Origin: Marsupella aquatica
Lineage: Eukaryota; Plantae; Marchantiophyta
DNA: 64,000 nucleotides
Assembly (NCBI GenBank): GCA_973895155.1
Contig: OZ316895.1
Span: 742,435 to 806,434, forward strand
Reading direction: 5' to 3'
This document shows, one piece after another, positions 10,962 through 23,600 of the stretch (position 1 is the stretch's first letter; each line of letters begins with the position of its first letter). Made by a program: the position numbers and the translations under genes. A model generated the notes under the pieces. That model did not search any database. It saw only the letters and a list, made by a program, of their open reading frames with translations, and was not told where the DNA came from.

Positions 10962-11492
10962 TTACATTTTAGGAACATTTATCCTGACCCAATCTTCTCG
11001 CTCATCTTTATCTAACCAAAACCAAAGGTTCCTAAACGTGTCAAGTTCAGATCCTTCAAATCCACCCAAAATGTCCAGTGGCGGGAGAGTTCTAATGGAT
11101 TCTGTAAATCTTAATGCTACACTCTGTGAAGTCAAATGCCTTCGAAGCGATTCATATCCTGGTCTATCAGTGAAGTCGTAAGCTACCAAGGTGACCGTCG
11201 CCCAAGTACTACTATAAGTAACTATGTGGCACCACTTCTTACTGACTGTTCGAATGGCGATCAAGTCCATGACCCGATTTTTAATCGCAGTATCCGACAA
11301 ATTCCCAAGATAGTGGAAAAACTCTTTGACTAATGGCCAAATATATTTCTCGACAATATCGTCCGAAAGACCGGATATCAGGTCTTCAGCTTGACTCCAT
11401 ATCATGTTTCGGTTCATAACCTTTGCATGTGCAATGCGCTCCATCATCATTTGACGATGAGATTTTCGATTCATGTCAAAGGACTGCAGCAT
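10962..11492 (-). CDS. F-box-like protein, paralog 3 (intact, ~170-176 aa)
   Basis: LISGLSDDIVEKYIWPLV...IAIRTVSKKWCHIV...W matches the F-box pattern LPGLPDD(I/L)...LRxVSKxW. Confidence 0.65.
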   Translation of the reverse strand: MLQSFDMNRKSHRQMMMERIAHAKVMNRNMIWSQAEDLISGLSDDIVEKYIWPLVKEFFHYLGNLSDTAIKNRVMDLIAIRTVSKKWCHIVTYSSTWATVTLVAYDFTDRPGYESLRRHLTSQSVALRFTESIRTLPPLDILGGFEGSELDTFRNLWFWLDKDEREDWVRINVPKM

Positions 11493-11526
11493 AATATGGA
11501 AAAGATTAAGAACAAGAACCTATCCA

Positions 11527-12093
11527 TTAAGAACTGGGACCACCGAGATTCTGAGAAAATCTACCAAACCTTTCGATTAGGACATCTCGTTCTTCCTCAT
11601 CTAAATTGTTATATTTGTTCGTAAACAATGCGATTTTGTCAGAAGTAGTAGTCCCAAGAACAGATATTTTTGGAAGCATAGAAATATCCTGTCGAATAAC
11701 TCGACAGACTGAGTCAAACTCCAACTCGTCAGTTTTGGGTATGTCGTAAAGAGCATCATTTGCGACATCGACAATCCGGTTTGCTTGTTTGAGGATAGCC
11801 CATAACCTTGTATTTGTAACTAAAAAGTTCCACTTCTTGCTACAAGCTCCAAGCCGAATAAGGTCTCGGACCCTATCGATAACCAAATCGTTATCGAGGT
11901 GTCGATATCCACGCAATCTTTCAATTGAAATAAAGTGTTCGTAGAGTATTGGCCAAATGTTTGAAATGACCAAAACATCTGGTATTCCTCCAATGAGACT
12001 AGAGGAGGTTTCATCCAGCGTATCCCATATTGTTTTCTATTTCTTTTCATGAGATGAAAGGAAATCTCGAGCCTCATTCAAAAGTTGGCTCAT
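11527..12093 (-). pseudogene. F-box-like protein, paralog 2 (one in-frame TAG near the N-terminus)
   Basis: ATG at 12093 gives MSQLLNEARDFLSSHEKK*KTIWDTLDETSSSLIGGIPDVLVISNIWPIL...IRLGACSKKWNFLV, in frame with ORF 11527-11973. Confidence 0.65.
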
Positions 12094-12227
12094 CCTGCTT
12101 TTATCATATCACAAAACATTGTTAGAAGACATACGACGCGCTTGGTCACGTAAGTTAACTAGAATTCCTTAAAAGCGTAGATGTCACCCTCAAGGTATCC
12201 AACTTCGTGGCATCTGACTATAAATTT

Positions 12228-12739
12228 CTATTTTTCAAGAGGGTGAAGAGCATCGTAAGTCTTCGTGAAGAGTTTCCTAAGATCTCTGGATATTGACCCC
12301 ATGAATTTAATTCTTGGGTATTTCTGGAAGAAACTTTGAACTGTCGATGAGAGAGACTCATTTCCGATCGGTTTAGTAGGATTTCCTGGGAAAGCCAAAT
12401 CTAATAAACTCAACTTGATTACACCCAGAAGATAAGTATTCCCAACAAGGTGGCGCCATCTACGACACACCGAAGATAGTCCTACAAACTCATCCAATTC
12501 CTTTATTGAGAAATTTCCTGCATTAGCCGAGGAATTAAAGTCTCCTGGATCCGAGGCCATATCAATTCCACGACAATGAAATCTGGAAGTCCAGGTAGTA
12601 GTGTTTCAACAAATATAGAATATCCCGCCAGTAGACCATCTTGGCTTCTGTCCAAAACGTCAAATATTGGGCATAGATATCTGAAGCTCTCCAGACCAGG
12701 TTCGCCCATGACTCTTTTCAGCCAAATGATATATCCCAA
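12228..12739 (-). pseudogene. F-box-like protein, paralog 1 (frameshifted)
   Basis: LLPGLPDFIVVELIWPRI in ORF 12503-12739 continues after a frameshift into GLSSVCRRWRHLVGNTYL in ORF 12228-12560. Confidence 0.65.
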
Positions 12740-12849
12740 AGATTATTTTCACGCGACTGGTTGCGTCTACAAATCAGAATGCATAAACAATTCTTTGAGA
12801 GACTGATTTTTTCGGGTCACAACGTGACAAATCATAAATGTTGCTTCGT

Positions 12850-13600
12850 CCTCTAACAGAACCAGTCAATGAGAGAGCAACCTCAGATGCAACTGGTCGC
12901 GTCAACTGAACCTAAACAACTATATCCACTGAACCTTCCTTGTGGAGATTTGGATATGGTACGCGCTCAGTAAATCTATCCAGTTTCCTTCTCACACGCG
13001 ACTGGTCGCGTCAAATGGTCCTAAAAGGAACCTTACCTCCTCTAACAGAACCAATCAATGAGAGATCTACGTCAGACGCGACTAGTCACGTCAACTGGTC
13101 CTAAAAGGAACCTTACCTCCTCTAACAGAACCAGTCAATGAGAGAGCAACCTCAGACGCGACTGGTCGCGTCAACTGAACCTAAACAACTATATCCATTG
13201 AACCTTCCTTGTGGAGATTTGGATATAGTACGTGCTCAGTAAATCTATCCAGTTTCCTTCTCACACGTGACTGGTCGCGTCAACTGGTCCTAAAAGGAAC
13301 CTTACCTCCTCTAACAGAACCAATCAATGAGAGATCTACGTCAGACGCAACTAGTCACGTCAACTGGTCCTAAAAGGAACCTTACCTCCTCTAACAGAAC
13401 CAGTCAATGAGAGAGCTACCTCAGACGCGACTGGTCGCGTCAACTAAACCTAAACAACTATATCCATTGAACCTTCCTTGTGGAGATTTGGATATGGTAC
13501 GCGCTCAGTAAATCTATCCAGTTTCCTTCTCACACGCGACTGGTCACGTCAACTGGTCCTAAAAGGAACCTCACAGTATTTTCACGCGACTGGTCACGTC
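12850..13600. repeat. Tandem array with a 269-bp higher-order unit (80+80+109 bp), each subunit carrying an ACGCGACTGGTCGCGT palindrome
   Basis: Palindromes start at 12887, 12996, 13076, 13156, 13265, 13345, 13425, 13534 and 13584. The period of 269 is seen in 12996/13265/13534. Confidence 0.95.
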
Positions 13601-14284
13601 AACAGCTCAAACAACTTTTGGACAATAGGAGAATACAGTGATACAACTGTGATTACTGACCCGTACGGACAAGGAAATCCAAGTAAGCATGATTTCATTC
13701 ATTTGTATTCATTCATTTGTATTCATTCATGAACTTTACAATAATTCAGATGTTTGAGCTCTGTCATTGTGAAACTATTATATATCAAAAGTTTAGAGAA
13801 TGATCCAGCTAAGATGATTCAATTTAGTAGTCTACTGGTTGTATTCGTCAATTAAAGGATTCAATGTAATGAGATTCACATAACATGAGAGTTTATATGA
13901 TTAAATTCACAGCGTGCAAGTTTGTAATGACTTACTTAAGACGATTCAGGTTGTATTTTAATTAGTGAGTTTGTATGATTCACACATATTTGAGTTTACA
14001 AACAAACCGCATTATGAAAACTGTGCTTAACAATCAAGAGAAATTTTAGCAAACCACAATCAACACCAGCAGAAAATGTAGAAATTACACCTGAATTCTG
14101 AAAAATTGATGTAATCGTCTAAGAGATTGACGTCCAAGCACTTGAAGACCTTGCTGCGGCATTCCAGAAAGTAAATAAAGATTGAAGATATTAATATGCT
14201 AAGCAACAACAACACAGCTTCTATACTTCTATACATAGAGCTTCGCTGCCACCAATTGAATAACATGTGCTTAATGCTAAGGAG

Positions 14285-17200
14285 TGTGGTGCGTCCCATG
14301 GCTCCCTAAACCCAAGAAACCCCCCAGCTCAAGCCGATTCCCGCAGGTTTCGCGCTTGGCGAGGCCGTTTCCGCGGCTTAGCGGCATGGGACGCTGCTAA
14401 CCTTCTACTACTACTGTTAACATTTTACACACATATACTGGACAGATCCTTCATCGGGTCATGAGATACGTAGCCGGCCTAATCTAGGCCTTCCCCTGTC
14501 TTCCCCTCCGTCTTGTTAGGTATGTTTGGATTCCGCCGCCGGAATGATCCCCAATAGGCTTGGTTAAGCCGCTAAGACCTCTCTCAGCTCGACACATCCA
14601 ACTCTCACTCCCCTGCTTACTTTCCTTCCTTTTGGTTGATGTGGGCACTCTTCACACAAGTTAATGCGACACACAAATAGCAAAATGACTCATTCTGACT
14701 GAGTCATACCATGCACTTGCCATACTAACAGTACATCTCATACACAAGCTCTGCGAACTAAGTCGTGAGGCCAACTCTATTCAGCTCTTAGGCATGAGGA
14801 AACATGAATATACACAAGGGTCACTGTATGACTAACCGAGAGCTTCTCGTACTACTTGATCCCAGCCCGGCTGGTGCAAACTAAAAACTTGCTAAAGAAG
14901 AGGCCCTGAGCTCCCCGCTGCCCAGGTACTTATCCTGGTAGTGGATCCGCCATTCTTTGCATCGTAAGCCTAATCTACCTAACAGTAATCTACTTGCCCG
15001 AATCTACCTATGTACAGCAAGGCAGGAGCACAAGTGTTGCTCCTACCAGTGGAACCGCAATCCCACTAAGCTAAGTGTCAGGGCCGCTCCTGGTCCTGAT
15101 CCTAATCCTAAACTTGGAGATCAGCGCCCGCCCTGCCCACTCACGCCTCCTCCCTCCACGTCCGCCCTCCCTAAAAGGAACGGCGCCCTTGCACCGTCAC
15201 GACACCGGTGGAGGATCCTTAATGGACGCCCCAACGCTTCCTCCTCAGCCACTGCCATAGGTTCATTCTCTGACAGATTACCTGCCCTTGACTGAGTCAA
15301 CTCTCCATCAGCCTGACTGGGTCCACCATCGGCGTTGGCATCGGCTCGGGAATCGGTTACGGCCTCAGCCTTGGCTACGGTCTCCCCGGCCTGCTCAAGA
15401 GGTGGATCTGGAATACTGGCCTCATTACTGAGTAGTTCGGCTTGGGCCGCACCACCCCCACCTGTGATGATAGTGGGATCTATTGCCGTATTCATGCCGG
15501 AGGATGGTGCTGGTTCTACCTCCTTGGTCACCACGGCTTGTGGAGTCGGATTACTCCTTGACCCTGAAAGTTTCCGCTTTTTCTTCTTTTCTGGTTCGGC
15601 AGCTGGTCCCTTCCCCTTCCCACTTACTTCCGGCACTGGTGCAGGTGGCGCGGCTTTTTCTTCGGCCAGTACCACTCCTGGTAACTTAGTTGCCCCAATT
15701 GGAGTTGGGCCTGAGGAAGACAAGCACTTAAATACTGCGGCTTGTTTCTTCAGCCGCTCCGTTTGGTTGTCGGCCCGCCGCTGGAGGTTCTCCATCTTCC
15801 TCGTGATTTCCTCCAACTCCTCCTGGGTCTCATCCAGGTCCTTGCGTGCCTCCTCTAGTTCCTTCTGGGCTTCCTCCCATTCTTGTTTCAAGGTAGTCCT
15901 CTCCTCCCGGGTTGCTCTTAGCTCCTTGTCGAGCTCTGCAATGATGACAGACTCCATCTGGTTCATCTTGGCGTAAGTCTGATCGAGCATCTCATCCTTC
16001 TCCCTTAGGTCGGCCTTGAAGCTGGCCATCAGGGACGCAAGCTCCTGCTGCAGCGCCATAATCCCTTGATAGGATTTCCCTAACTCGGCCTCCTTCTGCT
16101 CAAGGGCTCCACGGATTTTCTCGAGCTCCCCCTTCAACGCCCATTCCTTTCATTGGGTCTCCGCCATGGCCCGGTTGTTGGCTGTTATGTGGGCCTCCTC
16201 TGTATTCTTCAGCTCTTGCTTCCACTTCTCCCTCTCTTTGATCGTGTCGGCCAACTCTCCCTGCGTCTGAGTCAGTTTATCCTTGATATTCTGATTATCA
16301 GCCTGCGCGGTGTCCAACTGCCCCTGCATGATGTTCAGCTCATGCCGTTTAATCCGCAGTTCATCTTGGGCTTTCTTGGCCGCCCTTAGATCTTCAATCT
16401 CGGCTTCCATCCTCCTAAGCCGCCGAATGACCTCGTCCTTCTTGCTTCTCTCTAAAGCCACCGCTTCTTCTAATTGGTGCTTCTCCAACTGCTCCCTGTG
16501 GAAAAAGGGTCCTACCTCCAACTCCTCTCCAAAGATGCCGAGCGCAAGTTCCCCACACATCTCACCATACTCCATGGCTCTATTCTTAGCGTAGGTGGAG
16601 TAAGTAGAAGTGATCGGCATCGCCCATCGCGGCCTCTGCTCCCAAGCCGTCTTGCGGATCTCTTCAATCGTGGCTAGAGGTTTGCTTCCTTTTTTGGCTA
16701 GCCGCCTGATGTCCTCCGGCCAATCTCCTCCTGGTAAATCCTTTTCCCTAGCCAGGGCTGCCTCCTCTTCCTGCCTGATTCGCTCCTGAAATTCCTGCAC
16801 CGTCTGTTTTATGCCGTCAAAGCTCGGGGGAGCAACATCTGGTGGGGGAGACTCAGGGCTACTCTGCTGGTTGGGGTCCCCTCGCACTACCCTTGGAAGT
16901 GTGGGGACAAACCGGCCACAGGTCCTTACTCCTGGAACGTGATGGTCCGACCCATAGCCGGAATTATCATGGCTGCAGTCCTCCACTGCCTCCTCTACTT
17001 CTTGGACGTCCGGCTTCTCCCTCTCTTCGTCGGTAGGAGCTTCAGGCAATTCTGCCTCAGATTCGGAGCTTGAGATTCCCACATACATTTGAACACCTGG
17101 CTTGGATTCCAGCCTGATTCTCTCCTTGTCTCCAGCAAAGGGGTTTTCTCTTGTGAGCCGGTGTAGGCCTACCTCTGTAGTAGTGTCCTGCATTGTTGTC

Positions 17201-18943
17201 GTTGCCGTTGTTGTTGCCGATGCCGATTTCTTTTCTTTCTCCAGTAGTTTCAGCAGACTCTGCATGCCTGGTTGCTGCATCGGCAAGTCCTCCTTCCTGG
17301 GCCTAAACACCTGCTCGATCGTAGGGCTAATAGGTGGTTGAGGCTTCTCAGCCAATGGCCTCGGCGTTGGAGCTTCCTCGGGTGCCCTTACCTGCAGGGG
17401 AAGTACTGGGGCAAAAGTCTGACCTCTGGCATACCGGCACAACAGCGGCATGTGATAGCCAAGCCGCGACACGCTCCCCATGCCGATTACCTGCTGCTCC
17501 TCCTTTAAGATCTTCTTCAATTGGTTGAGGAGGTACCCGTTGTAGTCCCGACTTGGGTCTGGCCTTTCTGCCAGATAGACCTGTGCCTTGCCGATCTCTG
17601 CCCTCGGCAAGTTACAATGCATGGTCACCCGCAAGAAGTCGATCATCTCTCCTATGTGCGGGTTGGTGCAGGTGTTCCGGAAGAAGCCATTCTTTGTTGA
17701 TGGCCCGGGGAACGACCGGAACTCCTTGTCAGGCAAGGTCTTCCTGGTATCAACTTTGGTCTTATTGCCTATCGGCAAGCCAAACACTTCGGCAATTACC
17801 TTGGGAGTAAGATAGAAATCCTTCCCATATATCCTCGTGCAATTGGTCTCGGGTTCCCATGACCCCACGAATTCTAATAGGTCTGACTCCGGTACCTCCG
17901 GCTTCAGCCATGGTAATCTTACAAAGGCCTCTAAGCCGGATCCGGCCATGAAGCCTTGATACTTCTTGGTCTGCATTGCCGTAAAGCATGCATCCTCCTC
18001 CCGTGCAAAATGTAGTTGCACTTCCACCGGTAGGGTTGCCGCCCAGCCCTTCCAGGTGTCATCCCTGGTTGGAATGGCCTTGATGGGATCGACCTCCTCC
18101 TCTTCGGCTTCTCCCTGCCTCCTGCTCTGCTGCTCGGCTGGCTTCTTTGGTGCCGCCGACCTCATTTTTTTTGCCGGGATGGCTTCATCGTTGACGGCTC
18201 CCTTCCTCTTCATCTCTGCTGCCGTGGAGGTTTCTCCTAGCACCGTTGCCTGGGTCCACCTTTCCGTGCTACCCTTTAATTCCCAGTGTATGTCGTTGCA
18301 GTTCTTGATGGCCTCTCGGATGCCGACGACGCTATCTTTGCAAAACAGAAGATCGTCGAGTTGATTGGAGGTAGGCGTCCACAGGAACTCGTCCTTGATG
18401 AGTTCGCCTCCTAAGAAAGCCGTCTTCTGCAGCTCCCACAATCGAGCGAGCTCCTGCCGTTCTCGAGCTGCCCTTTCTGATTCCTCGTCCTCGTAAGTCT
18501 TGATGTACTCAGTTGCCCGTTCGAACAGGCATCCCCAAAAATGTGCCGCTTGATTGACGTTGCTCATACCCTCCTTAGGTCGATCGTCGGTATCTACTCT
18601 CTCCCCGAGTGCTTGCCTAAGCAGCTGACAGTAGTTGGCCTCCCGTAGTCGTCTGCCTAGTTCGTGCTCGCAAATGAGCCACCATCTCCTGCAAGCACTC
18701 CTTACCCCTCTCCTCTGCTGGTCCTTCTTCCCGTTGATCCTTCCTAGCCGCCGACGCTTAACGCGCCCTAACCCTAATCAAGTTTTCACCCTCAGCGTCC
18801 TTACCTCCGGCCTCAGCCCAGGTTCCATGGTTGCCCCTAATGGTTTATATTTTCCTTGTTTTGTCCCTATACTAAGGTGTTCCTAGGGTGCCTTCCTACT
18901 TTACCCACTTAACTGGCCGAGTGATTCCTGTCTAGGCATCACA
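14285..18943 (-). mobile_element. Solo-LTR-like element family A, copy 2 (4659 bp), inverted relative to copy 1
   Basis: Ends TGTGGTGC...GCATCACA. 5-bp TSD AGGAG at 14280-14284 and 18944-18948. Near-identical to 1140-5790 along most of its length. Confidence 0.92.
15121..18567 (-). pseudogene. LTR-borne coiled-coil ORF of copy 2, interrupted
   Basis: Same protein as 1513-4878, with AGA>TGA at 16150-16152 and a frameshift near the 3' end. Confidence 0.85.
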
Positions 18944-20849
18944 AGGAGCTCATTATGTCGAGTTAAAAAGACTCTTTCAGAAGTACAATCAAAGCTGTGG
19001 ATAGGCAAACTGAGCATGAATAAAAGCGCACTAAACCTGAAGATTCAAAGAGGTGAAACAAACCTGAATGTTGAATGGAAGGAGCTAAAACAAGCTGCCA
19101 AAAAGTAGTTCGAGCTGCTGAAACACGTTGATCGAGCTGATATGAGCTTAAAATTGGTTGACACGAGCTGATACAAGCACTCCCAAAAAGCTAGCTGCAA
19201 CGAACTAGCAAACTAGAAGTGAATACAAGTTGTAAATGCGAGCTGCAATGCGCCAACAAGCTCCTGGTCAAAACGATGGACAACTACTAAGAGCTGCAAC
19301 GCGCCGACAAGCACCTGACCACAACGAACGAGCTGCAACGACAAAAATGAAATCCAGGGCAGGAGCGAGAGCGAGAGTAAGAGCAACGAGAGCGAGAGCA
19401 AGAGCGACGAGAGCAGGCGCGCGAAAGTCTAGGGAGCGAGAAACAACAACAATGAACAATGAACTCGAGACCGTGGGCACCGACACTAAGGAAGGACTAA
19501 TTAGGGTATTTTTTTAGCATAACCCTAATAACAGCCTAGCGACATGAAGGTTCCAGATGATCTCCCGTACACTCCACCATCGACTGAACAAACTATGCAA
19601 TCGTGAAAAAAATATTACCGGATTCCTTTTGATTTGCCGTACTAAAGGAGATTTCTATTTGATCACCAATTTGAAATTTAAACCGGTAATTATGCAACTG
19701 CGAAAGATTATTAGTGGGGACCCCCGGATCCGGATCCGGATCCGTATCTTCACTATATCTGCCAATTCAAATCCAAAATATGAACGAACGACAACTTTCT
19801 CACGATCGTTCCATCACGTAGTGGAGGCAAACTTCAAAATCATTCCATTTTGGTAGTGGAGACCGTCGGATCCGGATCCGTACTCCACTCTCTATCTTGC
19901 TAATTCAAACCCTTACTCTAAACAACATAAAATGATTCTCACGGTCGGGGAGAACCGATATTCAAAATCAATCCTGTACAATGATTCTCACGACTGGAGA
20001 CTCAACCAATTTTCAAAATCAAAATCGAGTCCAAATGAACACATCCTCCATGGAGTCAATAGACTGATCTCATTGCTCACGGATCATTCTTCATTTTCAG
20101 TTTCTCCTGACCAGGATACTAGCTGGGCTCTCAGCGGAGGCTGATTCAAGGCACATTTGAGGTGGAGCAGATTGGATCATTCGACTATTCCAGTCGGAGG
20201 CGGAGCTCATTCAAGCAACGCTGGCGCAGTTCTTGTTGTATCACCTTCAATCTTGGGGAGAGCACATCCGATCAAGCGGGAGAGTTGCAACAAAGCGAGA
20301 TGACAAAGATTTAGAACCTCCATAGTCTGCCTCATTCATCGAAGCATTCTAACAGACCAACAAAGAGCGGCTATTCTGAAATCACTGTCTGGTCGAGGAT
20401 TTTGATCTTGATATGATCAACAAGTTGTCATTCTCTGGTGGTGGGATTCGGTCACGATACTCAAGGAAATTGGAGTTCAAAGGAGGAGGCTTAGTTGGCT
20501 GGGACGAGGAGGAGGCTACGTTGGAAGGAAGAGGCTTGGCTGGGAGGAGGGTTTCCGCCAACATCGGAGGGTTGCCGCCAATATTGCTGAGACCACACGC
20601 AACTGAATAACTTGTAAGTATCAATCAGCATTAATTCCACAATAAATGAGGAGAGTAGTTGCCTTAAATCACGCATTCAATGCATGAATTGAGTCAATGA
20701 AGTTATGGTCCAATTTCTCACTCCGATTTTGATCAATCCGTGTTTCAAGTCCAATACAGAAGCAATGTATCAGAAGTACTAGTAGAGGATCCGAATGAAT
20801 TCTCTAGTCTAAAATTGTATGGCGGACGCGTATAGTTGTCCGTACGTTT

Positions 20850-21800
20850 TGCTATTGTTTATTGTAGTCGACGGCCTAGCAAAACGAAACGTAATCGAGG
20901 TCCATTTTTCAGATCTTCCTGATCTCAACTTGTTAGTAGGATGACCTGTTTTTTGGTTACACATGTAGTTCATCACGCGCACAGTCGCGTGAACCAATTT
21001 ATCTCGTGTCTTTTGATATTGTTTATTGTAGTCGACAGCCTAGCGAATTGGCCAGCAATCTATTTTAAAACCAACGTCTTCATTTCATCACGTGCACGGT
21101 CGCGTTAATGTTTTAGAGGTCAGCAAAAGCTCTGCACTCTCAGACGTAATCGCCCTTTATTTCTCATATCTTCCTGATCTCAACTTGTTAGTAGGATGAC
21201 CTGTTTTTTGGTTACACATGTAGTTTATCACGCGCACAGTCGCGTGAACCAATTTATCTCGTGTCTTTTGATATTGTTTATTGTAGTTGAAAGCCTAGCG
21301 AATTGGCCAGAAATCTATTTTGAAACCGAGTTCTGATTCACGCGACCGGTCGTGTTAATGTTTTAGAGGTCAGCGAAAGCTCTGCACTCTTAGACGTAAT
21401 CGCCCTTTATTTCTCAGATCTTTCTGATCTCAACTTGTTAGTAGGATGACCTATTTTTTGGGGTACACATGTAGTTCATCACGCGCACAGTCGCGTGAAC
21501 CAATTTATCTTGATATTGTTTATTGTAGTCGACTGCCTAGCAAATTGGCCAGAAATATATTTTAAAACCGAGGTCTTCATTTCATCACGCGCCCGGTCGC
21601 GTTAATGTTTTAGAGGTCAGCGAAAGCTCTGCACTCTTAGACGTAATCGCCCTTTATTTCTCAGATCTGCCTGATCTCAACTTGTTAGTAGGATGACCTG
21701 TTTTTGGTTACACATGTAGTTCATCAAGCGCACAGTCGCGTGAACCAATTTATCTCAGGTCTTTTTGATATTGTTTATTGTAGTCGGCAGCCTAGCGAAT
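20850..21800. repeat. Tandem array, ~250-bp unit x ~3.7, with two ACGCG-N6-CGCGT palindromes per unit
   Basis: Repeated GATCTCAACTTGTTAGTAGGATGACC blocks. Palindromes at 20975, 21090, 21230, 21340, 21481, 21587 and 21726. Confidence 0.93.
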
Positions 21801-22005
21801 TGTCAGTCAGAGGAATCTTCTTTTTTCCCTTGATTGCAAAAATGGTTACATCGATCCCGAAGGACTTCGGATGTGGAATCCATATCCACTAGCACTATCC
21901 AGGAATTTAAGCTACACAGTATCTATAACAAGTTCTAACTTGAACTACTCTTGAATCTGTAGTTCTAATCTTCGACTACTCAAAATATTGTTGACTTCGA
22001 TCGAG

Positions 22006-22548
22006 TCAGTCATTCCAAGATGAAGGCATCCACTCATCGGTGTCTGGTGTGGATTCCCTTGAATCCAGAAATTCTTCCTTTGCCCAAGTCCTAACGTCCA
22101 TAGATTTTCTCGGCTTGCTCTTTCTGTAATACAAATCAGAATCTTCGTTCATCTCTAATTGCCTTTTCTTTGGTGCGTCCACTTTCTTGGCCTCCTTCTT
22201 GACTGTCTTAGCGTCTGCTGCTGCTTCCCCCGAAATGGATTTGACGCATGCTCTGGCCTTCAACTTCTCCCCCCTCAAAATGGATTCCACGAGGGCTTTG
22301 CCCTTTAACTTCTCCCCTGATGCCATCTTTGTAGTCATCTCTGTCGGATTGGTCTCCATATGATCTTCCATCGACAAATGTGGCGAACAATGTCGTCTCT
22401 CACAAAACATTTGACCCGATTTAGTCACCGTAAACATTATATTACATCGCTGACACATTCTTTAAGGAGTGCCACGAATTTGATACGTCGAACCTTCTAA
22501 ATCGTCCGTCGGAACATCCTCATTCTTCGAGCTCAGCGGAGTAGTCAT
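22006..22548 (-). pseudogene. Small Cys-rich (possible Zn-binding) cargo ORF with one in-frame stop
   Basis: MTTPLSSKNEDVPTDDLEGSTYQIRGTP*RMCQRCNIMFTVTKSGQMFCERRHC followed by a basic/acidic tail. No family recognised. Confidence 0.4.
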
Positions 22549-22864
22549 CGCCCTTCAAACAAGAGATGCTGACCGAGACTAAGAATTGGAAATGAGAGAG
22601 TTGATGTGCGAATAGATTATCCAATAGCCAGAAAGTGGAATGCGTGGGGGAATGAGCAATAGGGATCATCTCAATGCTTTATACTGTTTAGTCTCCACTA
22701 GTCATTGTACATAGTGGTTTCTAGAAGAGGGTGCGTGTTTGACTGGCGCGTATTAGAATTGGCGGGAAGTTCAGTTGTCCTCTAATTATGGCTTTAATTT
22801 CACGTTTGGCGACCGCCCCGAGAATACTGATTGCTAGTGAAGTACTGAGATTTCTTATGAAGGT

Positions 22865-23600
22865 CAGTAGTTACTGACTGTCCGGTGTCCACTCATTTTT
22901 CCTGAGTGGAGTTGAAATGATTGTTTGTAATCGATTGTAGTCGTTCTCATTCACTTGAAATGACTGACGAACCATGCATTATCTTTACCGGTATGTGTGA
23001 TGCCTTTAGATCCGTAATTGTATCTTCCTGTCTCGCGCGCAATTGTATCTTACTTATGAAGTACCAATTACGAGCTATAGTTTGGGCCTAGCCTTCTAGC
23101 TTCTACGTCGTAGACCCTGTACCCTCTGACTAAGGTCACGCAACATGCCTTTAGATCCGTAATTGTATCTTCCTGTCTCACGCGCAATCATATCTTACTT
23201 ATGAAGTACCAAGTATGAGCTAGAGTTTGGGCCTAGCCTTCTAGCTTCTACGTCGTAGACCCTGTTATCCCTACACCCTCTGACTAAGGTCACGCGACTA
23301 GTCGCGTGCAGGGCAGTGCATTGACTACATTCTGCCTACTTATTGACGGTTGTGACAGGACAATGCAGTTCACGAACGTTTTACTGGCGCTTATTAGCAC
23401 TACTATCCTCAATAGTTACTGACTGTCCACTCATTTGTTCTGAGTGGATGTGAAATGATTGATCGTAATCGATTGTGGTCATTCTCATTCATTTGATATG
23501 ACTGACGGACCATGCATAGTCTGTTGCCGGTATGTGTGGTACCTCTAGGGTCACGCGACCAGTCGCGTGTAGCGCAGTGCATTGACTACATTCTGCTTAT
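22865..23600. repeat. Nested duplications upstream of the transposase (~146-bp tandem pair at ~23000-23290; ~135-bp block at ~22868 and ~23413)
   Basis: ATGCCTTTAGATCCGTAATTGTATCTTCC occurs twice and TAGTTACTGACTGTCC...CCGGTATGTGTG occurs twice. Palindromes at 23292 and 23553. Confidence 0.85.

Noticed and set aside
12850-13600. Regularly spaced palindromic repeats resembling a CRISPR array (also 20850-21800)
   Set aside because: The intervening sequences are themselves repeated (tandem units of 269 and ~250 bp), there are no cas genes, and the context is eukaryotic.
1140-18943. The inverted 4.65-kb pair as giant TIRs of one composite element
   Set aside because: Each copy has its own distinct 5-bp TSD (AGGTT versus AGGAG), and the interrupted gene continues outside copy 1, so these are independent insertions.
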